This document shows positions 16,465 to 17,372 of a stretch of 17,372 nt of DNA, one piece after another. The notes below the pieces were generated by a model. The model ran no database searches. It had not been told where the DNA came from and saw only the letters and a list, made by a program, of their open reading frames with translations. Source of the stretch: Candidatus Velthaea sp. (GTDB lineage: Bacteria > Vulcanimicrobiota > Vulcanimicrobiia > Vulcanimicrobiales > Vulcanimicrobiaceae); contig JBEKHC010000100.1 in assembly GCA_050012475.1 (NCBI GenBank), forward strand, positions 1-17,372, in the 5' to 3' direction. The position numbers and the translations under genes were made by a program. Each line of letters begins with the position of its first letter. The first letter of the stretch is position 1.

Positions 16465-17372
16465 ATGAGCCATTTTCGTTTGTCGTTTCGTGGGCCGGCA
16501 TGGCTGTGCGTGGCGATTCTGCTGCTGAGCGCTTGCGGCGGAGGAGGCGGCGGATCCAGCTCCCCGGTCCCGGCGGCTTCGCCGGGAGCAGCCGGCGGAT
16601 CCGGTTCGCCGGCCCCGGCGGCCTCGCCGACGGGTTCGCCCGTCGGGATTCGGCCAATCACGCAGCCGACGGTGGCCCCCTCGCCGGGGAGTTCGCCAAC
16701 GACGAATGAAGCGGCGTTTGCATGCCCAACCAGCGATACGGCGTCAGCTGCGGTCCGCGGGCGGACGGCAGCCGCCGACGCGGTGCGGCGGATGCCGGCG
16801 CGGCATATGGGTACCTCGCCAACGGCGGCGACCCAGCTGCTCGCCGTGACGTACGATGCCCAAACCGCGAGCGCGCAGCGCACCGCTTTGACCGCGCGCG
16901 AATCAGCGCTGGGAACGTCGCTCGTGCGGCAATTCACCTTCGCTCACACCAACCTCGTCACGCGCGTGCTGCGCGTGTCCACGGCGCAACTGAGCCGAAC
17001 CGAAGCGGCGCTGCGCGTGCAAGCGGGCGTACGCAGCGTCGGGCTCACCGGGGCCCGCCGCTACAAGACCGCGGTCACCACGCCGTATCTTCCCAATGAC
17101 CCGTACTTCGACGGTTTCTCACCGACCGTCGCGCCGCTCAGAGAAAGCGCCACCGTCCCCGGTCAGTGGGACATGCACGTAACGCGGCTGGAATATGCGT
17201 TCGGCTACAGTCAAGCCAACAATGGCAGCTCCATTACCAATCCCGCCGCACTCGGCTCGGCTGGGGTGAAGATCGCGGTGATCGACACCGGCCAAGACAC
17301 CACCCATCCCGAACTGGCGGGCAAGATCGCGTACCAGCGCTGCTTCATCACCAATCCCAACAACAGCCAATC
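16465..17372 (+). CDS. S8 family (subtilase) serine peptidase, lipoprotein, 3'-truncated by window
   Basis: Not in the ORF track because it has no stop in the window. Reads MSHFRLSFRGPAWLCVAILLLSACGGGGGGSS (lipobox LSAC), then a Pro/Ser/Ala linker, PNDPYF...QWDM and catalytic Asp motif VKIAVIDTGQDTTHPEL. GGGAG RBS upstream. Confidence 0.9.
   Translation, partial: MSHFRLSFRGPAWLCVAILLLSACGGGGGGSSSPVPAASPGAAGGSGSPAPAASPTGSPVGIRPITQPTVAPSPGSSPTTNEAAFACPTSDTASAAVRGRTAAADAVRRMPARHMGTSPTAATQLLAVTYDAQTASAQRTALTARESALGTSLVRQFTFAHTNLVTRVLRVSTAQLSRTEAALRVQAGVRSVGLTGARRYKTAVTTPYLPNDPYFDGFSPTVAPLRESATVPGQWDMHVTRLEYAFGYSQANNGSSITNPAALGSAGVKIAVIDTGQDTTHPELAGKIAYQRCFITNPNNSQ

Overview
High-GC bacterial chromosomal window. 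The gene repertoire is reminiscent of soil or acidophilic lineages such as Eremiobacterota, but that is an impression, not a call. Positions 1-115 are the 3' end of an M48 peptidase. Positions ~116-3100 form a visibly less GC-rich accessory patch. It holds a lone SPFH/stomatin gene bracketed by two ~170-bp degenerate direct repeats, followed by three decayed gene fragments (a conserved hypothetical, an IS21 istB tail and a Uma2-type endonuclease). Next come an S53 sedolisin and a tightly coupled five-gene minus-strand operon: long divergent folP, a folK-mptA/folE2 fusion, a GH1-like hydrolase, a glycosyltransferase and DUF2461. The rest is a coiled-coil hypothetical, a 101-bp MITE-like element in the stop-codon junction of two convergent genes, an EcxA-type zinc metalloprotease, a GntR regulator, ilvE and the 5' part of an S8 subtilase lipoprotein. 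The best leads are the pterin operon with an altered DHPS acceptor site coupled to sugar enzymes, the repeat-flanked SPFH cassette and the MITE. All family calls come from motif recognition by eye; no searches were run.
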